Made by a program: the position numbers and the translations under genes
Shown: positions 10,137-18,885 of the stretch, in pieces
How positions within the stretch are numbered: position 1 is the stretch's first letter
Layout of the letters: the number at the start of each line of letters is the position of its first letter
NCBI GenBank assembly: GCA_964528915.1
Contig: CAZGUD010000032.1
Span: 4,008-68,007 of the forward strand
Direction: 5' to 3'
Length of the DNA: 64,000 nt
Source: an uncultured Terracidiphilus sp.
GTDB lineage: Bacteria; Acidobacteriota; Terriglobia; Terriglobales; Acidobacteriaceae
Notes under the pieces: generated by a model
Seen by the model: only the letters and a program-made list of their open reading frames with translations
Database searches by the model: none
What the model was told of the DNA's origin: nothing

Positions 10137-10292
10137 CAGGAACTGCTGATGCGCACGCCGATGGGGCGCTTCGGCAAGACTGAAGAACTGATCGGTGCAA
10201 CGGTGTACCTGGCTTCAGACAGCGCGTCGTTTGTGACCGGCCAGGTGCTGGTGGTCGACGGCGGATTCCTCGCCAGCGGAGTGAATCAGTAG
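10137..10292 (+). pseudogene. Orphan 3' fragment (51 codons + stop) of the SDR gene; direct repeat of 6184..6339
   Basis: Translates [51 protein letters not shown]. 18 mismatches in 156 nt by manual alignment. Confidence 0.93.
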
Positions 10293-10356
10293 CCGCAGCG
10301 GGGTTAGCGGAGTTAGGACGGCGTGGCACGCACTGTGGGAGATCTGCCCGGTTGAT

Positions 10357-10385
10357 CCCCCCCCCTGCCCTCCCCCCTCCCCCCC
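10357..10385 (-). other. G-quadruplex-forming motif (G7-A-G6-A-G3-CA-G9 on the minus strand)
   Basis: Plus strand reads C9-TG-C3-T-C6-T-C7. Confidence 0.6.
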
Positions 10386-10394
10386 ATATCAGCT

Positions 10395-10502
10395 AAAATC
10401 TTGATTCCGTTTGGGTTGCCGGGTTCGGTTAGGTCATTTCTTGTTGCAAAATATTCAATCGAAAAGACTTAGAATTCAAAACCTTCATAACAAAAGGGTT
10501 GC
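10395..10502 (+). repeat. Three imperfect 25-bp direct repeats in an AT-rich intergenic segment
   Basis: AAAATCTTGATTCCGTTTGGGTTGC (10395), AAAATATTCAATCGAAAAGACTTAG (10448), AAAACCTTCATAACAAAAGGGTTGC (10478). A related inverted copy lies at 21459..21483. Confidence 0.55.
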
Positions 10503-10653
10503 GGCGAGAAACCATCGTTGCCGGAAGCCGCACCGCGATTCCTTTTTTTATTCCCGTTTTGAATGTAGCGCAAAGGCGGTCAATTGCCTGCAAATTGGGC
10601 GACCAGTTTTTAACTTTTTATTTGGGAGTTTTGAAGGAGCTGGATTGAACTGC

Positions 10654-11229
10654 TTACTTCGCGCTGGGCACAATCTTTTGGCTTCCCTGGTCGTCACTCT
10701 GTAGCACTGCGGTGCCGATCCAGTGATACAACTTGCCGTCAAAGCGAAAGTAGCTCAGATTCGCCTGCGCCGCGCTCATATGCCAACCGAGAACAATATC
10801 CGGATAGCCATGGCTTGTAGACGGCTGTACCTTGAAGAGCCAGCCGCTGAACTCCTTGGGAGTTGCGAGCAAAGTTGGCGTGTCTTTGTCGAAGCGGATG
10901 ACCCACATTGCGCCGTTGGCCCCCTGGCCTCCGCGCGCGCAGCCGGCCGGGGCTTCGGCCAGCACCAGATTTTGTTGGGGCGCAACCGGGATCCACTCAA
11001 ACCGCAGGCCCTTGATCAAATCATCCAGATCAGCTGCTTCGCATTCCCATATTTCTTCCGGCTTCTGCTGGCGAAGCAGGTGGGCAAACGATTTCAACTG
11101 CGCATCCGAAAGGGAAGCAGGTTGGAGCGTTTGCGGACCGGCTTGAGGACTGACATGGCTCCACAGATCGGCTTGTGCAAGCGCGGTGGAGGCCGAGAAG
11201 ATGAGAGCGATGAGAAGCGGAGAACGCAT
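10654..11229 (-). CDS. Hypothetical secreted protein
   Basis: Sec signal MRSPLLIALIFSASTALAQ; 191 aa with protein-like composition. Confidence 0.75.
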   Translation of the reverse strand: MRSPLLIALIFSASTALAQADLWSHVSPQAGPQTLQPASLSDAQLKSFAHLLRQQKPEEIWECEAADLDDLIKGLRFEWIPVAPQQNLVLAEAPAGCARGGQGANGAMWVIRFDKDTPTLLATPKEFSGWLFKVQPSTSHGYPDIVLGWHMSAAQANLSYFRFDGKLYHWIGTAVLQSDDQGSQKIVPSAK

Positions 11230-11391
11230 TGGGAATCCTTATTCGCGGGATCATGCTTATGTTAACCGAACCCCAATTGATAGAGGTTCAGAGGGGAATG
11301 TCGCTCTACTGACTGCGGCGTCGACGTTATTTTCGGATTGGCCGTGATACGACCACAATCGCCGATTCTGGAGCCCGTGAAGCCACAAACA

Positions 11392-12059
11392 TCACAGTTT
11401 GCCGTCCGAAGTCTTTACACAGGGATGACGGTTGCTCTGAATTCTCCGAACAGCGAACGCCGCGCAAGCGAGAAGAAGTCCGAAGCCCCCAAGAAACACT
11501 GCGACAGAGAAAGTGACTGATAGCATGAACGCCGCCAATTCCGAGTACCGAGAATAACCCAGAACAACGAGTCGAGGGTTGGCCGTATCGAGCTCTCCGC
11601 CGTCGCGCCCGATATTCAATTGCACGACATGATTTTGACCACTCTTCGCGTCAAAACGCCCTATTTCTCTATTGATCGTTTCGTTGTAAGATGTCGCGCG
11701 TGTATCTTGGGATGCTCCTGCGCCATTTGGGTGGCCGTCTGATATTAAGTTCCACGAAACATCCAGCGATTCCGGAATATCGCTGCAGTTCTCGACGGTC
11801 CTCCGAGCCCCAAAAGACAATCCATGCGGCGACGCTCGATATTCCAATCGAATTCAAGCAAGATTAGGTAACTTGCTGATCTTCTGGTTGTGAAGGCAGG
11901 TGAGGTAATCCGACCAGGCCGTAGCGAAAGTGGATATTCAAGAGCTTTCCAGTTTAGCGGCTCAAAGCTAACCCAGCTCTGAAGGAGCGCGAAAGGAAGT
12001 ATTCCAGCTGCCGCAAGAATCAACCCAAGTCTCTCAGCCCGGATTGCGGAGAAGCCCAT
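11392..12059 (-). pseudogene. Frameshifted hypothetical membrane protein (N- and C-terminal TM helices)
   Basis: ORF 11745..12059 (TM ...MDCLLGL) continues in the frame of ORF 11392..11847 (ENCSDIPESLDVSW... TM). The shift lies at about 11790-11815. Confidence 0.6.
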
Positions 12060-12268
12060 AGCGTGCCTTTCAGCTTTGAACCTTCACCCATCAGCTTAAT
12101 ACCTGCCGCTCATCGGCTCGCTGTCGGCGCATTGCGTGGACACTTCTCAAAGACATTCCGTGAACCGATTCCGACTTTCATCTAGATCAGGGTTGTGTGC
12201 GCTCACGAGTGGGACTCCGCATGTATCGTCACCGATTGGGAAGTATCGCCACGTTGAGTTCCCAAGGG

Positions 12269-12302
12269 CAACCGCAGATCCTTCACTCCGTTCAGGATGA
12301 CA
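12269..12302. repeat. REP-like element (CAGATCCTTCACTCCGTTCAGGATGACA type)
   Basis: Imperfect hairpin ATCCT...AGGAT; a degenerate relative lies near 21586..21615. Confidence 0.55.
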
Positions 12303-12351
12303 GTTCGTTTTTTGATGTCGACTTTAGCGACGGCATACTAGCAACGACGTA

Positions 12352-13785
12352 CTACGACAACGGCAAGCGCACGGTGAACTTCGTGGTGCCGGGCACCGAT
12401 TCGACGTCGACTGTGCCGCCAAATTTCTGGGTCACGATGCGGTGAACAATCTCGAGGCCGAGACCGGTTCCCGAACCCTGCGGCTTGGTGGTGAAGAACG
12501 CTTCGAAAATGTGAGGCAGCACCTCGGGCGCAATTCCCTTCCCCTGGTCGGCGATGCTCACGGCAAGAATTCCCGGCTCGGTCCATGTAGCGATTGTGAT
12601 TTTGCCGCCGTCGGGTGAAGCATCGACTGCATTGTCGATCAGGTTGGTCCACACCTGGCTCAGGCCGGGACCGGGCGTGCGAAGGGTTGAAGGAGAAGCC
12701 TGAAAGATTTTTTCGGCCGAGACACTTCTGGTGCGAAGTTTGTGGCCGAGAACGGTAAGGGTGCTCTGCAGGCTGTCGTGCACGTCGATCTCTTTGCCCA
12801 CCATGCGTTCGTCATAGGCGAATTTCTTGACCGCCATCACGAGATCGGAGACGCGCGAGATGCTCTCCTCGATAGCGCAGACCAGCGAAACGCTGGAGAC
12901 CAGCGCCTCAAGCCAGTTGAGCGAATCAGAAAAACTGCCGACATCGAAAGCAAGGCGCGCGCACTCCAGTTGATCGGGCTTAAAGCCGATTTCGACCAGC
13001 CTGGGAGCTATGGAGAAAGCATTTTCGACTCCGGCTCTTGACAGCCATTCAGCCATGGCTTCTTCAGCATCGGCCTGCTCAAGCGTGCTCATAGCGGGCG
13101 CGTGGCAGCCTGCGATAGTTTGCTCGAGCAAGCTGCGCATGCATTCGAGCTGTTCCGGCGTTTTTTGCTTGGCGGCGTTGCGCAGGCTGAGGCGCTGCAG
13201 GCGCAGCAGGTTTTCGCGTAACTGCGAAGACGCGCGCTTGGCGGCCGCACCGGGGTTATGCAGTTCGTGCATGAGGCCGGCTGCCAGGGTGCCAAGCGAA
13301 GCCAGTTTTTCGCGGTGCAGAGACTCAACCTGGTAGGTCTGCAGGCGCTGCGCCATATCGGCCAGCACTGCGGCGCGCACCGTGGGGCAGCAGGCGAGCA
13401 TATTCCAGAATTCAGGCGCGTCAAGGCGAATCAACACCGAATCGGTTTCAGCGAAGATACGGAAGAGCGAGACGGTGCGGCCAGTGAGCAGTGGAACTTC
13501 GCCAAAACCTTCGCCGACCTGAACGTGAGTCAGCCGCGTCCAGGTTCCATCTTTTTCAGGGCGTTCGGCATAAACATTGCCTTGAAGCAGAACCCAGTAA
13601 TAGAGGGCCGTTGCGCCGGATTCGACGAGGCAGGCGCCGGCCTTTGCGGTGACGCGTTCGGCGTGCTGCACGCCGATCAATGCTTCGGCGGTGGTGCCGG
13701 AGAATGGCCGGGTGCGGAAAAGCGCATCGCCCAAATCGCTAAGAAGAATCGGCTCGACCTCGATCGATTTTCCGCCTTCGCCCAT
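12352..13785 (-). CDS. Cytoplasmic sensor histidine kinase with N-terminal cNMP-binding-like domain
   Basis: GEGFGEVPLL (cNMP fold), H-box AGLMHELHNP, N-box QVWTNLIDNAVDA, DQGKGI, FFTTK, GTGLGL; no TM helix. Confidence 0.9.
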   Translation of the reverse strand: MGEGGKSIEVEPILLSDLGDALFRTRPFSGTTAEALIGVQHAERVTAKAGACLVESGATALYYWVLLQGNVYAERPEKDGTWTRLTHVQVGEGFGEVPLLTGRTVSLFRIFAETDSVLIRLDAPEFWNMLACCPTVRAAVLADMAQRLQTYQVESLHREKLASLGTLAAGLMHELHNPGAAAKRASSQLRENLLRLQRLSLRNAAKQKTPEQLECMRSLLEQTIAGCHAPAMSTLEQADAEEAMAEWLSRAGVENAFSIAPRLVEIGFKPDQLECARLAFDVGSFSDSLNWLEALVSSVSLVCAIEESISRVSDLVMAVKKFAYDERMVGKEIDVHDSLQSTLTVLGHKLRTRSVSAEKIFQASPSTLRTPGPGLSQVWTNLIDNAVDASPDGGKITIATWTEPGILAVSIADQGKGIAPEVLPHIFEAFFTTKPQGSGTGLGLEIVHRIVTQKFGGTVDVESVPGTTKFTVRLPLS

Positions 13786-13828
13786 CTTGCTCCTGATTCT
13801 CCCGTGCGTGCTTAGTCTGCGGCTCCGG

Positions 13829-14211
13829 TCGTGCCGCCCCTACGGGGCTTTAGACCTTTCACGTCGCCTACCCAGGACTACGTCCTGGGCTAAATTCGTT
13901 GCCTCCCTACGGGAGGCGGTGTGCCGGCGCGAGACCCTGATGGGTTCCAGGATCATGCCGTTTCAAAACATCCCGCAGGGGCTAAAGCCCCGGACATCGT
14001 GCGGTCCTCATTGGCACGAGTAAACTCGTGCCCTGATACGAGACCCGACTTGCGCCTCGGCCATCCCAGGTCCCAAAATCGGGACCTGGGGCACCCGATG
14101 TTCGTGCAATGTTGAATTCCCTTCCGAGGCTAAAGCCCCGTTTCACCTCTCACTCAATTCATGGGCCTGAAGGCCCCTGCTCCCTCCGCGTTGCAGGGCT
14201 AAAGCCCCGTT
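13829..14211. repeat. Composite cluster of REP-like palindromes
   Basis: Hairpins GCCCCTACGGGGC, CCCAGGACTACGTCCTGGG, GCCTCCCTACGGGAGGC, three GGCTAAAGCCCC, GGCACGAGTAAACTCGTGCC, CCCAGGTCCCAAAATCGGGACCTGGG and GGGCCTGAAGGCCC. Confidence 0.8.
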
Positions 14212-15864
14212 TCAAAAACCCGCCAGGTATTGATGAACCAACTGCACCGCAATCGACCCTTCGCCCACCGCGGAGGCTACGCGTTTAACCGATCCGTGGC
14301 GCACATCGCCGGCAACAAAGACGCCGGGTACGCTCGACTCCAGCAGGAGCGGCGCCCGCTCTTCGCGCCACACTTCAGCGGTTCTAACGTCGCCCCGCAA
14401 ATCTCCGCCAGCCAGCACAAAACCGTTCGAATCGCGCAGAACGCTGGGCGGCAGCCATGCGGTTACCGGCGCAGCCCCGATAAAGATAAACAACGATGTG
14501 GCCGGCGATTCATATTCCCCGGCCGGACCGCTCAACCGCAGGCGCTCAAGACGCTCGTCACCGAAGGCTTCAACCACCCTGGTGCGCGCTTCTAACACAA
14601 TATTGGATGTGTCACCGATCTCATCGATCAAATATTTCGACATTGTGGCTGAAAGGCCGTCGCCGCGCACCAGCATGGTTACCTTGCGGGCATATTTGGC
14701 AAAGTGGAGGGCAGCCTGGCCGGCCGAATTGGCGCCACCCACGATGTAGACTTCTTCGTCCTTGCAGGCTACCGCCTCAACCAGCGCGGCACCGTAGTAG
14801 ATGCCCCGGCCTGTGAGCTGTTCTGCCCCGGGCACTTCAAGCTTGCGGTACTGCACACCCTGGCACAGCAGCACGGCGTGGCTGGCAATCTCGCGACCGT
14901 CGGCAAGGCCCACAAATCGGTACTGTCCGTCGATGCGCAAGCCAGTAGCGCGTTGCATTACGAATTCAGCTCCGAACCGCGAGGCCTGGGCATGGGCACG
15001 ACGGCCCAGGTCGGCGCCCGAAATCCCCGATGGGAACCCAAGATAGTTCTCGATCCGAGAACTGGAACCTGCCTGCCCGCCGGGCGCGTCGGGCTCAATC
15101 ACTACTGTTTTGAGGCCTTCACTGGCTCCATAAACCGCCGCGGCAAGCCCCGCTGGTCCGGCACCGACAACCACCACATCGTAAAAGTCCTGGGTGGCCT
15201 GGGTGCTCAGGCCTACCTGGGACGCAATGGCGTTCAGTTCCGGATCCACAAGGACCGATCCATCGGGAAAGAGCAGGATGGGGAGCCGATCGGTCTCTAT
15301 TTTGCGGTCGTGCAACAACTTGCCCACTTCTTCCTGGTCGGCGACGTCGAGCCAGCGATAGGGGATGTGGTTGCGGGAGAGGAAGTTGCGGACCTTGTGG
15401 TCGCGGAGCATCCAGCGATGGCCGATCACGCGGAGCCCTTCGAAGTGGGGCCTGTATCCGGCCTTCCAGTCTTCGAGGAGGTCGTTGAGAACGGGATAGA
15501 GCTTCTCTTCGGGCGGGTCCCACGGTTTGTTGAGGTAATAGTGAATGCGGGCGGAGTTGATGGCCCGGATAGCCGCCTCGGTATCGGCGTAGGCGGTAAG
15601 CAGAACGCGGCGCGCCTCGGGGTAGACCGGCCGGGCGCGCTCAAGGAACTCGACTCCGGTCATTCCCGGCATGCGCTGGTCGCTGACGATGAGAGCTACC
15701 GGCTCGTCGCGTTCGCGGAGTTGGTCGAGGGTGTCGAGGGCAGCCTGGCCGCTGGCGGCACGCAAAACACGGTAGCCGGCACCGTATTCACGGCGCAGGT
15801 CCTGGACCACCGCTTCAAGAACGCTGACGTCGTCGTCTACGGCAAGCAGGATTGGCCGAGCCAT
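14212..15864 (-). CDS. Response-regulator receiver fused to glutaredoxin-like and thioredoxin-reductase-like FAD/NAD(P)H domains
   Basis: REC motifs AVDDD, VSDQRMPG, LLTAY and NKPW; GAGPAG, IENYLGFP, GGANSAG and GVFVAGDVR. Start ATG at 15864. Confidence 0.9.
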   Translation of the reverse strand: MARPILLAVDDDVSVLEAVVQDLRREYGAGYRVLRAASGQAALDTLDQLRERDEPVALIVSDQRMPGMTGVEFLERARPVYPEARRVLLTAYADTEAAIRAINSARIHYYLNKPWDPPEEKLYPVLNDLLEDWKAGYRPHFEGLRVIGHRWMLRDHKVRNFLSRNHIPYRWLDVADQEEVGKLLHDRKIETDRLPILLFPDGSVLVDPELNAIASQVGLSTQATQDFYDVVVVGAGPAGLAAAVYGASEGLKTVVIEPDAPGGQAGSSSRIENYLGFPSGISGADLGRRAHAQASRFGAEFVMQRATGLRIDGQYRFVGLADGREIASHAVLLCQGVQYRKLEVPGAEQLTGRGIYYGAALVEAVACKDEEVYIVGGANSAGQAALHFAKYARKVTMLVRGDGLSATMSKYLIDEIGDTSNIVLEARTRVVEAFGDERLERLRLSGPAGEYESPATSLFIFIGAAPVTAWLPPSVLRDSNGFVLAGGDLRGDVRTAEVWREERAPLLLESSVPGVFVAGDVRHGSVKRVASAVGEGSIAVQLVHQYLAGF

Positions 15865-16256
15865 ATTTGACAGTTTACGGGGTCTGGGCGAGGGGAACCA
15901 GAGTGTCCTGCGGCACAAGGCGAAACGGTGTAAGACGCCAAAATGGAGAGAGCACCCTTTCACTGCTGGGCTGGGGCGTTGATCGATCGGTTTCTGGCAT
16001 GAAATTGAGATGGACGGAAGGCCCTTGACTCAGCTAGAAAGAGACATACACCGCTTGAGTGTCACAAATGCAGACAGAACCGAGGCTGCAGCGAGGGTTG
16101 CCGATAAGCGAAATAAGCGCAGCCAGCAGAGCTCAGCACGCGTAATGGGTGGCTTGGGAGCGAAAAGCGACCGGGTGTTTTCAGCCACACTATGGAGCTC
16201 GAGGGTACAGCGGTTCTTGCATGGGATTCGATAACGGACAGGCGGGGTAGAGGGCG

Positions 16257-16934
16257 ATGAACAAGATCATCCTGGCCGATTCACAGGCAATTTTCCGCGC
16301 CGGCACAGCGAAGGTGCTGGCGATGGATGAAGATCTGCGCATTATTGCGCAATGCACCGACGTGGAACGGATGTATCACGCGATCACGACGTTTCCAGCA
16401 TCGATTGTGCTGTTCGCCGCGTCGCTGCACCCCGATATCGCACGTCTGCGCGTGCTGCTTGAAACATCGGGCAGCCGGGGCATTGTGATTGCCGAGAACA
16501 ACGAAGCCGCCGCGACTTACCTGCAGCAGGGGTTCAGGGGGGTGGTATTTCGCAACGTGACCGGTCCCACTCTGGTGGAGTGCGTTCGGCGCGTGGCTGC
16601 CGGGGAGACGTGGGTTCCTCCGCAAGTGATGATGCCCGACTCGCCTGAGGAAGACATGGTGGGGATGCGTGTGCGCGACCGGCTGACCCCGAAAGAGATG
16701 CGGATAGTGGCACTGATTGTGCAGGGGTGCAAGAATCGCGAGATCGCGCTGAGGCTCAAGACTACCGAGCAGGTGATCAAGAATTATTTGCGCTCGATCT
16801 ACGACAAGACGGGCGTGGGCGACCGGCTCGAACTGGCGTTATTCACCATTCATCACCGGGTGCTGGCGCAGGCCGCAGCCGAAGTAGGCAGCAAGCTTGA
16901 GGCCGAGGCACAGGCGTCGGGCGCGGTGGCGTAA
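16257..16934 (+). CDS. NarL/LuxR-family response regulator with degenerate receiver
   Basis: C-terminal LTPKEMRIVALIVQGCKNREIA...IKNYLRSIYDKTGV HTH; N-terminal REC-like fold. Confidence 0.88.
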   Translation: MNKIILADSQAIFRAGTAKVLAMDEDLRIIAQCTDVERMYHAITTFPASIVLFAASLHPDIARLRVLLETSGSRGIVIAENNEAAATYLQQGFRGVVFRNVTGPTLVECVRRVAAGETWVPPQVMMPDSPEEDMVGMRVRDRLTPKEMRIVALIVQGCKNREIALRLKTTEQVIKNYLRSIYDKTGVGDRLELALFTIHHRVLAQAAAEVGSKLEAEAQASGAVA

Positions 16935-16980
16935 CCGGTTGCGAGAGAGTCGTTGAGTAGCGTAAGCCTACCGAAATCAT

Positions 16981-17231
16981 CCCTCAGGGGCTAAAGCCCG
17001 CACTCATTTAAATGGGCTTTATCGGCCCGACTGAAGTCGTGCCCTAAAAAGAAACCAGGCGGGAATTTGCCGATGGTTGGCCTTTGTAGTCTCCCACCCA
17101 TCGAGCAAGAAGCGCTCGATGGATGGGGCACAGTTTCATCGCCGGCGGGTCGGATACACCGGTGGAGGACTTGTTACAGACCTTCGTTGGCCTGTGTCTT
17201 GGCGAGTTTTTTCCGCAGCCGGTAAAGCCCA
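16981..17231. repeat. REP-like cluster between convergent genes
   Basis: CAGGGGCTAAAGCCC...GGCCCGACTGAAGTCGTGCCC doublet (parallels 13975..14035), CCATCGAGC...GCTCGATGG hairpin, GGTAAAGCCC. Confidence 0.7.
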
Positions 17232-17273
17232 TCGAGGTGACAAGTAGCCGACAAGTGAGCGGCGAACGGGGCG

Positions 17274-17639
17274 TCAGCTTGCGTGGATCAGGCTGAAGAC
17301 GAGAATCACAAGCACAATGAGACTCACCGCGATGTAGAGGCGGTCCCGTTCGAGAAAGAATCCGACTAGAGCGAAACCGACCCGCGCAATGGGCGTAAGA
17401 ATGAGCAGCAGCAAGCCGGTCTGCATGATCGCAATGCTGTCGCCATGCGCTGCAGCGCGCAGAATTCCTGAGAGGGAGCGAGTGTTTGCTCCACCAGCGA
17501 CGAACGTGTGAAATTGAGCCGGGTCAGCATGGTGGCGGGCAAGATACAGCACTCCTCCAACAAAAACGGTAACTGCGGCCAACAGGACCCCGGCCCGCAG
17601 TTGTTGACCGATGATGGATTCGAGACGCCGATCGTCCAT
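17274..17639 (-). CDS. DUF1634 family membrane protein
   Basis: LRAGVLLAA...GG and GLLLLILTPIARV motifs; directly after a TSUP gene, its usual context. Confidence 0.85.
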   Translation of the reverse strand: MDDRRLESIIGQQLRAGVLLAAVTVFVGGVLYLARHHADPAQFHTFVAGGANTRSLSGILRAAAHGDSIAIMQTGLLLLILTPIARVGFALVGFFLERDRLYIAVSLIVLVILVFSLIHAS

Positions 17640-17644
17640 GTGCT

Positions 17645-18478
17645 CTATACCTTTCCGGTAATACCGTTCACGATCATCTCGACGGCCAGTGCCAGGATGA
17701 CAACGCCAAAGACTAGCCGCAACGTTTTTACCTGCGCGTGCACCAGGACTTTTGCTCCCAGCAGGGCTCCGATTAGAACTCCCAGCATGACTGGCATGGC
17801 CACGCGTGGATCGATATATCCGCGGCTGAGGTACAGGCCGGCACTGGCCGCGGCGGTTACTCCGATCATGAAGTTGCTGGTGGTGGTGGAGACCTTGAAG
17901 GGAATGCGCATGATGCTGTCCATGGCAATGACCTTGACGGCGCCGGAGCCTATGCCGAGCAGGCCGGAGAGCGCGCCTGCGCCAAACATGGTGGCAAAGC
18001 CGCCTGGAACATGGCGGACACCGTATTTCTTGCGCTGGCCGTCAACGGGATAATCGGAACTGAGACGGAGCCGCGTTGCCAGCGGATCGGACTTATCGGT
18101 CTCGAGGCCCGGCCTGTGCTTGAACGACTGATAAGCGGCTTGTAAAAGCACCAATCCGAACACAGTGGCGAGCGCGTGGGTTGAGACGTGCGCTGCAAGA
18201 AGCGCTCCAAGAATTGCACCCAGCGTGGTGGCAATCTCAAGAAACATGCCGATGCGGATGTTGGAGAAACCTTCGCGGACATAGGCGGCGGCCGCGCCCG
18301 AAGATGTTGCGATGACAGAGACGAGCGACGCGCCGATGGCGTACTTGATGTCGACGCCGAGCGCCAGAGTGAGAGCGGGCACGACGACAACGCCTCCGCC
18401 GAGGCCGGTGAGAGCGCCCAGAAAACCGGCCAGCGACGACAGGGCAAAAACGATTGCGGTGAATTCGAGAGCTGTCAT
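17645..18478 (-). CDS. TSUP (TauE/SafE) family transporter
   Basis: AGFLGALTGLGGGVVVVP, SGLLGIGSG and STTTSNFMIGVT motifs. Confidence 0.9.
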   Translation of the reverse strand: MTALEFTAIVFALSSLAGFLGALTGLGGGVVVVPALTLALGVDIKYAIGASLVSVIATSSGAAAAYVREGFSNIRIGMFLEIATTLGAILGALLAAHVSTHALATVFGLVLLQAAYQSFKHRPGLETDKSDPLATRLRLSSDYPVDGQRKKYGVRHVPGGFATMFGAGALSGLLGIGSGAVKVIAMDSIMRIPFKVSTTTSNFMIGVTAAASAGLYLSRGYIDPRVAMPVMLGVLIGALLGAKVLVHAQVKTLRLVFGVVILALAVEMIVNGITGKV

Positions 18479-18550
18479 TCTGTGCTCTGGCACAACCCTG
18501 GCGTGATCATTTTCAGGCTGCCCCAATCTTCAATTAGTTAAGACTCAGTT

Positions 18551-18880
18551 TCAGTGGCGGGCAGTTGTTGTCCTGGCAGAAGACGACCGTCGAGAAGTTC
18601 GATAGCTGGAAGGAATCTTGTCAAACTCATCGACCGAATTACCCGTCGGACGACCGATGATATCGAGCGCCCGATTGATCAGAGCCTGATTGGCCTTTGG
18701 GCGTCGCGCTAGCCATTCATCATGCTGGAGGTGAGCGAGTTTCTCGGCTACGGCAACATTGATAAATTGGTTAAGCGATACGCCTTCCTTTTCAGAGAAA
18801 CTCTCTGCCACCCTGCGAACAGAGGGCATGAGCCGGAGGGGGAACTTGCTGATGGCATGCTTCTTCCTGCTGACAGGCAT
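18551..18880 (-). CDS. Ribbon-helix-helix (CopG/HicB-like) antitoxin
   Basis: FPLRLMPSV...EGVSLNQFINVAVAEKL; lies 5 bp downstream of the PIN gene. Confidence 0.8.
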   Translation of the reverse strand: MPVSRKKHAISKFPLRLMPSVRRVAESFSEKEGVSLNQFINVAVAEKLAHLQHDEWLARRPKANQALINRALDIIGRPTGNSVDEFDKIPSSYRTSRRSSSARTTTARH

Positions 18881-18885
18881 GATTT

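Noticed and set aside
6184..10292. Prophage/ICE or DGR template-variable repeat pair
   Set aside because: No integrase, phage or reverse-transcriptase gene. The mismatches are synonymous and not adenine-specific.
13829..14211. Repeat cluster as a CRISPR array
   Set aside because: Units are heterogeneous and irregularly spaced, and there are no cas genes; REP-like instead.
14704..15870. 388-aa plus-strand ORF
   Set aside because: Antisense shadow of the REC-TrxB gene with no motifs; expected from GC-rich codon bias.
17044..17232. 62-aa ORF MGFTGCGKNS...
   Set aside because: It lies wholly within REP-like repeats; probably spurious.
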